Shown one piece after another: positions 13,874-28,201 of a stretch of DNA of 64,000 bases (its first letter is position 1; the number at the start of each line of letters is the position of its first letter). The DNA is from Eledone cirrhosa (taxonomy: Eukaryota): positions 28,892,001 through 28,956,000 of the forward strand of contig OZ024759.1 in assembly GCA_964016885.1 (NCBI GenBank), read 5' to 3'. Under the pieces are notes generated by a model. The model was given only the letters and a program-made list of their open reading frames with translations. It was not told the DNA's origin and did no database searches. The translations under genes and the position numbers were made by a program.

Positions 13874-14235
13874 GGACATAAATAGGTAGTTATATTTGTT
13901 TATAATAGGCTAAACGTAGTGTTAAATGTGAGGAAAAGATTCCTTATGCTAGTAGCCAGCCATTTTCCTTCAGCCCTTTAACAGAAATAACTGAAAGGTA
14001 ACCTATAACCCAAATATGTTTAGGCAATTGTACTGTAACTGGATGAACTTATAGAAATTGTATGGGGGTCGCTTTTCTCCCGTTGCCGCAACCAACACAT
14101 GTTTTGGGGGTGCGTGAGTGTGTTGGTGTGCATATATATATATGTTTCCACGAACCAAAGTATCGTCTTCCTGTCTTCCTCCGGTTGCAACGTTTTTTGA
14201 AATATCCAGTTCTGCGTTTACAGATTGACTTTGTT

Positions 14236-14286
14236 AGTTTCAGAAGATCCCGTTAAGGGTGAAAGCAGCGATTCTTTGCTTAAACT
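14236..14286 (+). ncRNA. Hammerhead-like motif with CAGAAGA core (family B)
   Basis: agttt-CAGAAGA-t-ccc-gttaa-ggg-t-GAAA-gca...tgc-TT-aaact. The same motif is on the minus strand at 25488-25538. Confidence 0.6.
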
Positions 14287-14302
14287 TTAATCTGTTATTT
14301 TA

Positions 14303-14366
<64 letters not shown>

Positions 14367-14540
14367 TAGGGTGTGGTAAAAACCAGATAGACCATAACCC
14401 ACCAGAGTACTCGATATTTGGTTAAGTAGAGTGAGTTATATATGTAAAAGTTCTATTTAAATTGTTGGGATGCAACAAGCAAATATTTTTATAACTGATA
14501 TAAAGCACTCAACAAATAATTGGAGTAAAAATATATTATA

Positions 14541-14601
14541 TTTTATCTGATGAAATCACACCATAATTTAACTTGGTGTCCTTGAAATATGTATAATGAT
14601 A
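14541..14601 (+). ncRNA. Degenerate hammerhead motif
   Basis: ttttat-CTGATGA(14547)-acacca/tggtgt stem-GAAA(14584)-tatgta-TA-atgata. Confidence 0.55.
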
Positions 14602-14741
14602 TAAATATGGTTTTATAAATATAGCTTCCATTTGTTAATATCGTATATATATATAGAGAGAGAGATAGAGAGAGAGAGGGGAAGGGAGAGACATATATTT
14701 ATAAATGCATATATATCCATATATACATACGTATACATATG

Positions 14742-14795
<54 letters not shown>

Positions 14796-15111
14796 TATAT
14801 TGAGGGAAAGGAAGTTCCTGTGACCTTGACAAATGTTCCGAAATCAATGACATCGATACGATTTCAACATCTGTTAGCTGCCATCTTCAGGAAAAACGTA
14901 GGCGAGAAGTTAATTTCATAGTGGTTAGGGTAGGACAGGACAGGGCTATAACAGTGTTGGGGGTGGAGAGGGGTTACGATATACGGGTGAGATGGCTTTA
15001 TCAGGTGGCTCTGAATAGGGGTGTTTATTGCAACCTTTCTTCTTCTTCTTTGTCCCAGTCTTTTGTATTGTCCCCTATATGTCGGCCCTTGTGGCCAATA
15101 AATGAAACCAT

Positions 15112-15312
15112 AGTATCGGTAGAGGGGTCGGACGCCATGCTTTGCAACAAAGAGTTACGGCCCCTTTATGGTCTGAGTTCAAATCCCGCCGAGGTTAACT
15201 TTGCCTTTCATCCTTACGGGGTCGATAAAATAAAGTACCAGTAATGCACTGGGGTTGATTTAATCGACTTCCTCCTCCCCCAAATTACTGGCCTTGTGCC
15301 TATATAAGAAAC

Positions 15313-15315
<3 letters not shown>
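15112..15315 (+). mobile_element. SINE family 1 ending in (ATT)n
   Basis: agtatcggtagaggggtcggacgccatgcttt...gagttcaaatcccgccgagg...ggccttgtgcc, followed by (ATT)n. Confidence 0.85.
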
Positions 15316-15350
<35 letters not shown>

Positions 15351-15389
15351 TCCTTCTTCTTCTTCTTCTCCTTCTTCTTCTCTTTCGTC

Positions 15390-15655
15390 TCCTTCTTCTT
15401 CTTCACCCATTTATTCCTGAGAGGATCGTAGGGGCATGTCCTCAAACACTCCCCCCAGTAGGTCCTCTCAGAAGCAACCATCTCCAATTGACCCGACTGG
15501 ATTCCTAAGCGTGATCAGTCGACCTCATGGATATTATCCAACCATCTTGCTCGGGGGTCTACCCCAGGGCTTCCTGCAGGTTGGTTTTGTCCGTAAAATC
15601 TGTCTAGCGATTCTTTCTTAAGACATTCTAACCACATGTCTTAATATCGGAGCTG
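15390..15655 (-). mobile_element. RTE-like LINE 3' fragment (same family as 12897-13175)
   Basis: Shares atccaaccatcttgctcggggg and ccgtaaaatctgtc.agcgattctttct with the first copy; (GAA)n tail. Confidence 0.8.
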
Positions 15656-16184
15656 TGATATGATAAAAGGTATATGAATTTTACAGCACACCCGTCTGCA
15701 GATTCAGCTGACTTCCTACAAGGTAGTAGATTGTCTCACACACCTATGAAGGTTCAGTTGGCCCCCTGTGAGGTTGCATCCAATGGATTGCTTGAATGTT
15801 TTAATAATAGAGGCCCCAGTCCTATCATGTTGTTGCTACAGCTCACATATATGTAACTTTAGCTGGCTTCCTACGAGGTTGAATCTTATCAGAGATTGCT
15901 CTTGTCTTTTAACGATAAGGGGTTCCATTTCTCAATCATGAACTCACACCTATGAACGCTTATGTGGCCTCGTACAAGAGTATATCTGATACAAGGTTTC
16001 TCTGGTGTTTTATTGAGAAAGGCTCTAGTACTACCATGAAAAGCAAGGTGAAATAAAAATGATTTGGTTAAGGACACCGTACACCAGGTTCCGAGATCGA
16101 ACCCACCCAAACTATGATCGCGATTCCAAAACCTTAATTACTATGACTACCTATAACCTCTCCATTACAACTAACACCACCACA

Positions 16185-17702
16185 ACACCGTTTCATTACT
16201 ACTAACTTCACAACAACAGCGAAACACCTTTATCAACACCATCGCCACAACAACAACACCAAACCCATTACTATCAACAACAACAACACTAATAGCATCA
16301 TCAACTCTACTACCATCGACGCCACCACCAACACCATCATCATCACTATCCCCACCCAACACCACCACCACCACCACCATCACCACCCACCACCAAAACC
16401 ACCATCAACAACAACTACACCAACATCACCACCACCAACAACTCTACCGCCGCCAACACCAACACCACCATCAACACCTCCACCAACACCACCAACACCA
16501 CCATCAACACCTCCACCAACACCACCAACAACACCTCCACCAACACCACCAACACCACCATCAACAACTTTCCACCAACACCACCATCAACACCTCCACC
16601 AACACCAACACCACCATCATCACCTCCACCAACACCACCAACAACACTTCCACCAACACCACCAACGCCACCATCAACACTTCCACCAACACCACCATCA
16701 ACACCTCCACCAACACCACCAACACCTCACCAACACCAACACCACCACCACCACCTCCACCAACACCACCACCACCACCTCCACCAACACCACCACCACC
16801 ACCATCAACACCTCCACCAACACCACCACCAACACCAACAACACCTCCACCAACACCACCAACACCACCATCAACACTTCCACCAACACCACCATCAACA
16901 CCTCCACCAACACCACCCAACACCACCAACACCTCCACCAACACCACCACCACCACCTCAACCAACACCACCACCACCATCAACACCTCCACCAACACCA
17001 CCACCAACACCACCAACACCACCATCAACACCTCCACCAACACCACCAACAACACCTCCACCAACACTACCAACACCACCATCAACACTTCCACCAACAC
17101 CACCATCAACACCTCCATCACCACCACCAACACCACCACCCACCACCACCACCATCAACACCTCCACCAACACCACCACCAACACCACCAACACCTCCAC
17201 CAACACCACCACCACCACCTCCACCAACACCACCACCATCAACACCTCCACCAACACCACCACCAACACCACCAACACCACCATCAACACCTCCACCAAC
17301 ACCACCAACAACACCTCCACCAACACCACCAACACCACCATCAACACTTCCACCAACACCACCATCAACACCACCAACACCTCCATCAACACCACCAACA
17401 CCACCACCACCACCATCAACACCTCCACCAACACCACCACCAACACCACCAACACCTCCACCAACAACAACACTAACACCACCACCAACACCACCACCAC
17501 CACCACCAACACCAACACTAAACACCACCACCAACACCACCACCACCACCACCAACACCACCACCACCACCATCAACACCTCCACCAACACCAACACCAC
17601 CACCAACACCACCATCAACACCTCCACCAACACCAACACTAACACCACCACCAACACCACCACCACCACCACCACCACCACCACCACCACCAACACCACC
17701 AC
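16185..17702. repeat. Long CAC/CAA degenerate trinucleotide array
   Basis: Recurrent caccaccatcaacacctccaccaa units. Confidence 0.92.
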
Positions 17703-18169
17703 TATTGTGACGTTGCCAAAGCGTTCCTTCTATTAATGAAAAAAAAAAAAAAAAAAGATAGATCAGTAAAAAGAAAATCAGTCAAAAACTAAAAGAAAAA
17801 AAAGACGAAGACGAAGAAGAAATGTGAAGACAATGCTGTAAGAGTTTTGTTGTTATTTAAGATTTAATTGTTGTGGAGAACAACATAACAATAGATGGAA
17901 CGTGTTACTGGAGGGTATATAACTGTACACACTGGGTGTATATATATATATATACACACCGGAGGAGGGCGGGGGGTGATGTGAGGGTGTATAGGGTGGT
18001 TTGTGGTGGTAGAGGGGTGAGTCGTGGAGATAGGGATTGTTTGTTTCTTGTGTGAGGGGGTCGGCAGTAGGGTAAGAGTGCTAGGGGTGGTTTGGCGAGG
18101 TAGGATTAGGGTGATAGGGGTGGTTTAACGGGGGGGGCGGTTTCTTTTTAGTGGTGGGTAGTGCTGTAG

Positions 18170-18620
18170 CTGGTTTGTGGAGATAGGGTTGGTTTGTAGG
18201 GGTAGAGGTGGGTTTGTAGGGGTACGGGTGAGTTTGTGGAGGTAGGGACGGGTTTGTGAGAGAGGGGTACGTTGTGGAGGTAGGGATGGGTTTGTGGAGG
18301 TAGGGGTACGTTGTGGAGGTAGGAATGGGTTTGTGGAGGTAGGGATGGGTTTGTGGATGTAGGGGTACGTTGTGGAGGTAGGGATGGGTTTGTGGAGGTA
18401 AGGACGGGTTTGTGGAGGTAGGGACTGGTTTGTGGGAGGTAAGGGTATGTTGTGGAGGTAGGGACTGGTTTGTGGGAGGTAAGGGTATGTTGTGGAGGTA
18501 GGGACTGGTTTGTGGGAGGTAAGGGTATGTTGTGGAGGTAGGGACGAGTTTGTGGGAGGTAAGGGTATGTTGTGGAGGTAGGGACGGGTATGTTGCGGAG
18601 TAGGGACGGGTTTGGGGGAG
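18170..18620. repeat. G-rich minisatellite of about 20/40 bp
   Basis: gggactggtttgtgggaggtaagggtatgttgtggaggta at 18421, 18461 and 18501. Confidence 0.88.
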
Positions 18621-18958
18621 GTATAGCGGAGGGAGCTGAAACATGTCGGGTGGTGGTGTTCAGGGTGGATAGAATTTCATTCCATTCCGTTTGTTTCTTG
18701 CCATGCGCCTGCCTGCCACACAACCATTTCCTTTCTCATACCCTTGTACCGGGATATTATCCTTCCTGCCTTCCTTCCACACATCCACCCTTACCTCATC
18801 TATCCACGACACACATCAACCCGTTTCGTTTTTTTTTTTTACATTTATGTATCTGTCTATCTTCGTCACCCCCCCCCCCCCCCCCCACTGCATAGTTATG
18901 TATTGATGTGTCTATCGTGTGTGTCTCTGTGTGTGTGTGTGTATTTGCGGGTTTGTAC

Positions 18959-19022
<64 letters not shown>

Positions 19023-19118
19023 TTGCGGGTTTGTACATATATATATATTATATATATATTATATATATATATATCTGTGTGTGTGTGTGTGTGTACAAAG
19101 CCGCAAATACACACACAT

Positions 19119-19178
<60 letters not shown>

Positions 19179-19332
19179 GTATATATATATAATTTATTGT
19201 ATTTGAAAGTATTATATATATACGTACGTACATATATATATGCGTGAGAGAGAGAGCGCGTGTGTGTGTAAGAGCGGGAGAGAGAGTGAGTGTGAGTGAG
19301 TGTATGTGAAAGAGAGAGATAGATAGAGAGAG

Positions 19333-19388
<56 letters not shown>

Positions 19389-19879
19389 ATGACAGAGATT
19401 ACTCCCAGCTACTACTCTGAGTTTCGCGGATTGCCGCTGATTACGCAACTGGGAATATATGTTTACATTAACATATACAAACACACATATATATCTGTAT
19501 GTACACACACACACACATACTATATATCTAAACATACATACATGCATACATACATATATACATATATACATACATACATACATGCATACATGCATACATA
19601 CATACATACATACATACATACATACATACATGCATACATGCATACGTACATACATACATACATACATACATACATGCATGCATACATATATACATACATA
19701 CATACATACATACATGCATACATGCATACATACATACATACATACATACATACATACATACATACATACATACATACATACATGGATACATACATATGTG
19801 TGTGTGTGTATATTTGTATGTATGTATAATTATATATACGCATGTAATTATCTAGTAACAACATTTCAACAATATATTA

Positions 19880-19915
<36 letters not shown>

Positions 19916-20406
19916 TGATGGGTGTAAAGGTGAAGGCGGTGGTGGGGAGGGTTATTGTAGAGTTAAGTAATGAATGACAAGAACAGTTTAAAATGGAGCA
20001 GAGTCACGTGGTATGGCAGCTGGCGGGAAAGAAGAGACACCATGTTTCTGTCTTGACTGACAAAATCCTGGTCTCTGTTATGCTTTCATCTTTGGAGAAC
20101 AAACGGTGAAGTTAACGAAGAATAAACACTTACACATTCCTATACACACACACACACACACACAAACACATACATATATCTACATATATATATATATATA
20201 TATATATATACTTACATACAGATGAATACACATGTATACATGCACAGACATACGCACGCGCGCACACACACACACACACACATGCATATACATATATATA
20301 TATAAATACTTACATACAGATAAATACACACGTATACATGCAAATATACATCTATATACATAAAAACACATATGCCTACCTACATACATAACATACATAC
20401 ACACAT

Positions 20407-20481
<75 letters not shown>

Positions 20482-21061
20482 TACATACATTACATTCACA
20501 CATATATACACATACTCACAAAACATATATATAACACACAAACACACACGTGTATTTAAACACACACGTGTATTTAAACACACACACACACACACAAACA
20601 CTGAAACGAATGTGTACAAACAAACGCATGCAGTCCAAAGAAATTGAACCTCCGTCGGTTTCGATGATGAGTGTTCGAATAATCCGGTCAATGAAACAGC
20701 CTGTGTAAGTGACTGAACATTCCCTAGACGTGTGTATTCTTGATTTAGCCATAGAAGTGACATACTAATTTATGGTGGCCCTCTCTGGGTCAGAACAGGG
20801 CCGATTTCTTAGAGAGAGAGAGGAAGAAGAGAGGGAAAGGGAAAGAAAGAGCGATGGAGCAAAAGAAAGAAACGAAGCGTCAGCCCTAGTACTGGAGTGG
20901 TACCGAATATACTGACATCAAAGGGACGAAAAATTAAGTTGGCCTCGGTTGGCGGCCGAGACAAATAACTCGAAGGAAGCTTTCTATCGGACGTTGTAAC
21001 CAGTTTTGCCAGTTTGACCTAACTCCCACCCTTCCTCCACCACCACCAACACCTACCCTAG

Positions 21062-21250
21062 GTCCTAGGTCGTACCCTTGGCAGTGGAGACTTCTGGTGT
21101 CCTTGGCCCTAGGGCTACCTCCTCCCTACTCACCACCATAGGCGCTGAGCTGGCCAGCCGCAGGTGTGAGTCCCGCCAGTTGGAATGGCTCTTTCAGCGC
21201 ATCTCCCTTACCATCCCTCCGGGGAAACGCCTTCTCCATCCTGTCCGCCG
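21062..21250 (+). mobile_element. CRE-like non-LTR retrotransposon C-terminal (restriction-like endonuclease) fragment
   Basis: VPLAVETSGVLGPRA...IGAELASR...LEWLFQRISLTI, then LRGNAFSILS after a frameshift. This fits the AVETxG...QRxS...RGNA pattern of CRE-clade ends. Confidence 0.7.
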
Positions 21251-22245
21251 GGGCTGGCTGTGGGGAGGCCAACACGTGGGACCCCGTTTGCTCACCATAC
21301 GGAGAGATGGGGAGGGCCAGAGAGATGGAAGCGATGAGGGTGGGAGTTCGGCTGTTCTTTCGTGTTTGCTCAGGTTACAATTGCATTGTGATAGAAGCTG
21401 GAATTGTCACCTTAATTCGATAGACAACACACATGTGTTTAGTCATACGGAAAATGTTATAGATTTCTATAATATGGCATGACTATGTCGACCAATCCTG
21501 ATGTAAAGAGAGATGTGACGTGTTGTGTTGCGCCGTTTTTATTAAGTAGGTGTACACACCCGTCATAGAATCAAATGTTGAAATACTTCTTGCCACCGTT
21601 TCCGAGAGGGATACTTCGGAAAAGGTGTCAAAGCAGCTATAAAATCTGTATATAGTGCACAGCACGTATGAGTGGGTAGCGTGACTGTTTAAGATGCTTG
21701 CGTATATGTTTACAATGTCTTTATATATATATATATATGATTGCATGTATGAATGTATATATATATATACATACATATATACATACACCCATATACATAC
21801 ATATATACATTCATATATATATATATATAATGGGAAAGTACTTATTAATATAAAGAATTAAAAGGAAATTATAACTAGTTTTCTTCTTAGTACTTCCTCT
21901 ATGTACTGTTCTCACACATGCACGCACGCACACACACACGCACGCACGGACACACATCTACTGAATCACAGACACATACGGACACGCACACACATCCAAA
22001 TACACGCATACATACATTCACTAAACCCGCACTCACACACACATACAGACACACACACGCTTACTCAGACACATACACACATACGCCACATTCACACACA
22101 TAGAAAATATCACGCACACATATTAACAGAGGTGTAGATAAAGGCGTATACTATATAGTTGTATATAATATACATACAAGAGTCTGGCTATGAATGATTT
22201 AAGCTATGATCATGTCACAGCTACCTCAGTAGCCGTATGAGAATG

Positions 22246-22284
22246 TCAGACACGTGTTTCTGGATTTTTATTCATCATCGGTAA
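22246..22284 (-). ncRNA. Degenerate minimal hammerhead
   Basis: The minus strand reads tta-CCGATGA-tga...cca-GAAA-CACGTG-TC-tga. Confidence 0.45.
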
Positions 22285-22315
22285 ATCTATTCCCTCAGAA
22301 TTGAGACAAGTATAT

Positions 22316-22832
<517 letters not shown>

Positions 22833-22993
22833 TATATATAGTTATGTAATAAACAACATAAGGCAATTATTTCATTTACCAGTGGTTTCTTAAAAGCAAA
22901 AAAATGTTGCTTTCAATCATCAGAATGAAAAAATCCTGGTGTATTTATTGACGTTGGATTTTTAAAACCTTATATATATATATATATATATAT

Positions 22994-23184
22994 AACGAAG
23001 GAAATGTGGTAAGGAACCAGGTGGACCATAACGCACCAAAGTACTCAATACTTGGGGTAGTAGAGTGGGTAATAGGAACCAGTAAGACCCCGACGGCTGA
23101 GCTCAAGCCGTTTCGACGGCTAATTCTGAGTCCAGAATTAGCCGTCGAAACGGCTTGAGCTCAGCCGTCGGGGTCTTACTGGTT

Positions 23185-23188
<4 letters not shown>
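22994..23188. mobile_element. Family A fold-back element
   Basis: Long arm from aacgaagg, turn at ttctgagtccagaa, short arm ending ggttccta-(TA)n. Confidence 0.85.
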
Positions 23189-23219
<31 letters not shown>

Positions 23220-23746
23220 CGCTGTCTTCAATTTGCAAAGCTGTCTAAACGTGATGTTATAACTCTAGGGTAATAAATATACCCTATTGAGTGCTTAGCT
23301 TGGCTGTAACCAGAGCTTCGATGATGCTGTACTAAATTTTGTATATATATATTCGGCCGTTGACTTCTGTACGACCGACCCCATTTCGCGCGCTCAACCG
23401 AATACCTCAGATATTCAAATCAACAAACAGCGAAAGACGCGTTCCGAATTGTCCGACAGACAACTTTTTCCCCCACCCCGGAAAAAAAAACCCAGTTGAT
23501 GGATGTGAATCCGAAATATATAGGGACTATTAAATCTCTCCCAAGGTAACTCTCTCTCTTGTGTTGTTATTACTATTTTTACCCTTTCACTCTTCCCTTC
23601 ATTCTACACATCTCACACATCTTATACACACCACGCATCTCAACGTACACCCACTTACATATCTCTCTCTCCTCCACCGGACCCTGTTACCCGGAGATTT
23701 ACCCATTTGCATTGTCGAGGCTTCCAAACGACTTATAAATATATAA

Positions 23747-23824
<78 letters not shown>

Positions 23825-23828
<4 letters not shown>

Positions 23829-23900
23829 TTTTCGCTGGTATTCGCGGGGGTTCCGTCCCTACAGCACCAGCGAAGAGTGGAAAAACCGCGAATATTGGGC
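23825..23900 (+). mobile_element. Tigger/pogo-like DNA transposon terminal fragment
   Basis: TA-CAGT...ttcgcgggggttccgtcc...ccgcgaatat resembles Tigger-type TIR/subterminal motifs. A SINE-2 scrap follows at 23908-23960. Confidence 0.4.
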
Positions 23901-24320
23901 ACGTGTATGTTCGATGCCCGGTGCCACGGTGTATCCTTGAACAAGACACTTTATTTCACTTTATTTCGTTCATTAACTCGTTCTGTTCTGTCTCTCTGAA
24001 ATGCAAAACCTCAGGCGGATGTTAGCTCTCGTATTTTAGATTTTTATGCAGTGTATAAGAAGCAGGCGCAGATATAAACATCAAATTTTTCGAGTAAAAA
24101 AACTGTGTATTGTAGACGTTGAAATATACGATAAATACGAAAACTAGAAGTCCTTTTCATCCGGCAATTATCTCTGTGAAATATAAGATATTGTTGTAAT
24201 AGGGAGGGGCAGCAGGTTTTTTTGTTTTTTTTTTAGATAGAAGAAGGAAATATTTTTTGGTCATTTAATTATATATATTTAACTGAAATGGATATTGTTC
24301 TATTTTGATAGAGACATATT

Positions 24321-24403
<83 letters not shown>

Positions 24404-24492
24404 GGAGGTATGATATAACGAATTTATATATGTTTATATATGTATTTATATTTATATGTATATCTATATATCTATTTATATATAAATATATA

Positions 24493-24560
24493 CAAAAAAA
24501 TGTATACACACTTTGATTACCTGACTGTTGAAGTGTGTATACATTTTGGGGGACACCCTG
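24493..24560. mobile_element. Tc1/mariner-type TIR / mini-MITE
   Basis: aaaatgtatacacactt...aagtgtgtatacattttgggggacaccctg (CAGGGTGTCCC terminus on the minus strand). Solo TIRs at 6157-6190 and 60711-60741. Confidence 0.55.
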
Positions 24561-24774
24561 CGATAATATATATGTGTGTATGTGTATTTATATATATGTG
24601 TATGTATGTGTATATGTATATATATATATATATATATTGGAAGTATAATATAAAGAATGTATAGGTATGTTTCTGTGTTTATATATGTATGTATATATAT
24701 ATATATTTATGAGTTGAAATTAATGCATTTGCTATTGTCTAAATTCTAGCGAAAGTCGTGTCTCTGTGATTGAA

Positions 24775-24855
<81 letters not shown>

Positions 24856-25285
24856 CACTCTCGACGACGACGACGAGTCAGTCATTCAACTAATCTCTTA
24901 ATGGACAAATTATGTGTGTGTGTGTGCGTGTGTGTGTGATACTAATTCAAAGACAACCCCTACAGATGAGAATCTCCGTCTTCAATTCCATTAGTTCTAA
25001 TTTGTGTATTTTGACTATGGTAGTTGGTGGATTTTTCTTTGAATTTGAAACAGCTGTATAGGATTAGTTTAGGTATGAAAAGTAATGTAAGTAATATCGG
25101 TTTTTTTTTATATTCAGATTGCTTCTGTACCTGTTATATAAATTATATTACATAATTATATTGTGTTTTTCGTAATATTCTTGTATAAGTGAGCCCCGAA
25201 ATGGTTTTTTTTTAAATCTTACTTCCATTGAACTTTTACAGACCAATGAAATTTCGAGAAGTTTTTATGTCGACACACACACACG

Positions 25286-25338
<53 letters not shown>

Positions 25339-25409
25339 TTATATACAAGGTGTTCTTGTCCTCTATATATTTTTATATATATATATATATAATTAAATAT
25401 ATATATATA

Positions 25410-25488
<79 letters not shown>

Positions 25489-25567
25489 GTTTAAGCAAAT
25501 AATCGCTGCTTTCACCCTTAACGGGATCTTCTGAAACTGAAAAAAAAAAATATATATATATATATAA

Positions 25568-25875
<308 letters not shown>

Positions 25876-26109
25876 ATATATATATATATATATATATTCA
25901 AACTCGCTCGCTGTTTCAAAACAAACTTGCTTGTGATATATATATATTAGAATTGGTGCTGCTCTGAAATAGCGATGTATATATGAATGAATATATAGTG
26001 TATATGGTAATACACTGTATGCTTAATTAAAAGCATTTTGAAGACCTTGCGCTATTGTTTTAAAGTAGTGACTATGTCACTTACTTCTTTTTTTCAACAA
26101 AGGGAGATA

Positions 26110-26153
26110 AGCTGACAGATCTCTGTTTCATACTGTTGATATTCCTCAGAGCT
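26110..26153 (-). ncRNA. Canonical-core type I hammerhead with closed stem III
   Basis: The minus strand reads agct-CTGAGGA-ata(tcaacag)tat-GAAA-cag(agat)ctg-TC-agct. Flanking caacaaagggag / ctccctttgt extends stem I. Confidence 0.7.
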
Positions 26154-26248
26154 GAGCACTCCCTTTGTTTGTTGAAAATTATGAATGTTGGATTCTTATA
26201 GAATTCCAGTAATAATCAGGAACTGATTATACAGAACGGTTGCCGGTC

Positions 26249-26345
26249 CAGAGCTCAAGCCGTTTCGACGGCTATTTCTGGACTGAGTCCAGAAATAGCC
26301 GTCGAAACGGCTTGAGCTCTACCGTCGGGGTTTTGAACATATTCC

Positions 26346-26347
<2 letters not shown>
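26249..26347. mobile_element. Family A fold-back element
   Basis: agagctcaagccgtttcgacggctatttctggact-g-agtccagaaatagccgtcgaaacggcttgagctct. Confidence 0.85.
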
Positions 26348-26433
<86 letters not shown>

Positions 26434-26439
<6 letters not shown>

Positions 26440-26560
26440 GTAAACAGAAATAACAAAGCAAACGACAGAATGCATTGAAGAAATACTACATTAGTTTAAC
26501 GCTTGAAATAACAGGAAAAGCGTCTAAACGTTTCGGACACTAGTCCTTCATCAGAAGATA
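26434..26560 (-). mobile_element. Family J terminus with minimal hammerhead (26523-26558)
   Basis: The minus strand reads tctt-CTGATGA-a-ggac-tagt-gtcc-GAAA-CGTT-taga; the tail abuts (GT)n. Confidence 0.7.
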
Positions 26561-26856
26561 GAATTAGAAAGAAAAGATGAAATAGAAAAATAAAGAGTGA
26601 GAAGAACAAGAAACAGGGGAAAAATGATGAAAAAAAACACACGTGAGTATTCAGTCAGCCATTTTGGAGATATATATACGAGGCCCGGCTGAAAAGTTCA
26701 TGAAGGGGTGATGTGGTGGTATGAGGGGCATGTGAGTGTATGAGAGTGTATGTGGGGGTATATGAGAGAGAGTGTGTGTGTGTATGTGGGGGTACGTAAG
26801 AGAGAGAGAGTGGGGGGGTTACGTAAGAGAGAGAGTGTGGGGGGTACGTAAGAGAA

Positions 26857-26887
<31 letters not shown>

Positions 26888-26948
26888 AAGTGGAGGTATG
26901 TGAGCGATGAAAGAGAGTGTATGTGTGTGGGGGGGCATGTGAGAGAGA

Positions 26949-27032
<84 letters not shown>

Positions 27033-28038
27033 GTGTGTGTGCGCGTGTGTGTGTGTGGTGATATTGTGCTAATATCATTAGCAGAGGGGTATCAGGAACG
27101 CGGGACTAGTTTACGACGAGGAATCAGTGGAGCAACCGCCACCCCATTAACACGACACCATCACACAGAAAAATACCCCGCCCCTCCATTAACTCGACAC
27201 TACCTCCACTCTAAATACACTGCCCCTCCATTAACTCAACACCACCTCCACCCTAAATACACTGCCTTTCCATTAACACGAAAACATCACCTAACCGCCA
27301 TTAACACAACACCACCCCATTATAACAGCACCACACCATTATAACAACATCACCCCATTATAACGACACCGCCACTTTTAACACACCACCGTCCTTAATA
27401 CACTACCTCTCCTCTCTCAATGCACCCCCACTTCACCTCACCACCCTTAATACACCACGCCACGACGCGTCCCTTAATGCATCACACTCCACCGCCCCAC
27501 CACCCCTCCTCCCTTAATGCACCACACCTCGCCTATCACCCTGAATGAACACACCACCCCCGAATCCTTTAATGTATCATACCCCATCGCCCTCAATACC
27601 CCACCACCAAGAACACAGGAAACCTATGCCCTGTCACAACAAGCTTTGTCTTTTTTCTATCCTTACTAATAACGGGTGTGGCCCTTTTGAAGGGCGGTGG
27701 CTGCGGTGGACAGGCGGTCGGATGGGAGTAAATATATCAGGTGGGTTACGGATGGGTGACAGATTGGGGTTTTAATTAGCTTCAGATGTGTGTGCGCTGT
27801 ACTTAGAAGGAATAACAAGCTGTTGATTAATCCACAAGGTATTGCAGTGATAGGTAAATAGAAAGATGGAGAGATCGAAAGATCGAACGATATATAGGTA
27901 ATCAGATAGAGAGGGTCAGATAAATCGATAGATAGATAGTGAGTGATAAATCAGTATATAGAAAAATATATATATATACATACATACGCGCGCACACATA
28001 CATGTCCGTCCCCTCAATCTATCTTATTTCTCAGTCTT

Positions 28039-28074
28039 TCTTCTGATGAAGGACTAGCGTCCGAAACGTTAAGA
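28039..28074 (+). ncRNA. Minimal hammerhead ribozyme (family J, element to about 28162)
   Basis: tctt-CTGATGA-a-ggac-tagc-gtcc-GAAA-CG-TT-aaga. The tail ...cagtttaccttttaca runs into (TA)n. Relatives at 31353-31388 (+) and 32324-32360 (-). Confidence 0.78.
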
Positions 28075-28158
28075 CCCTCTTCCTGCTATATCAAGCGTTA
28101 ACCTAATATATCCCTTCCAAATACTGTACCGATTGTGTTGTTATTTCAGTTTACCTTT

Positions 28159-28201
<43 letters not shown>

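Noticed and set aside
14835-14895. Minus-strand CTGAAGA...GAAA motif (similar weak cases at 409-480, 4732-4790 and 28740-28795)
   Set aside because: Stems I and III cannot be put in register without several mismatches.
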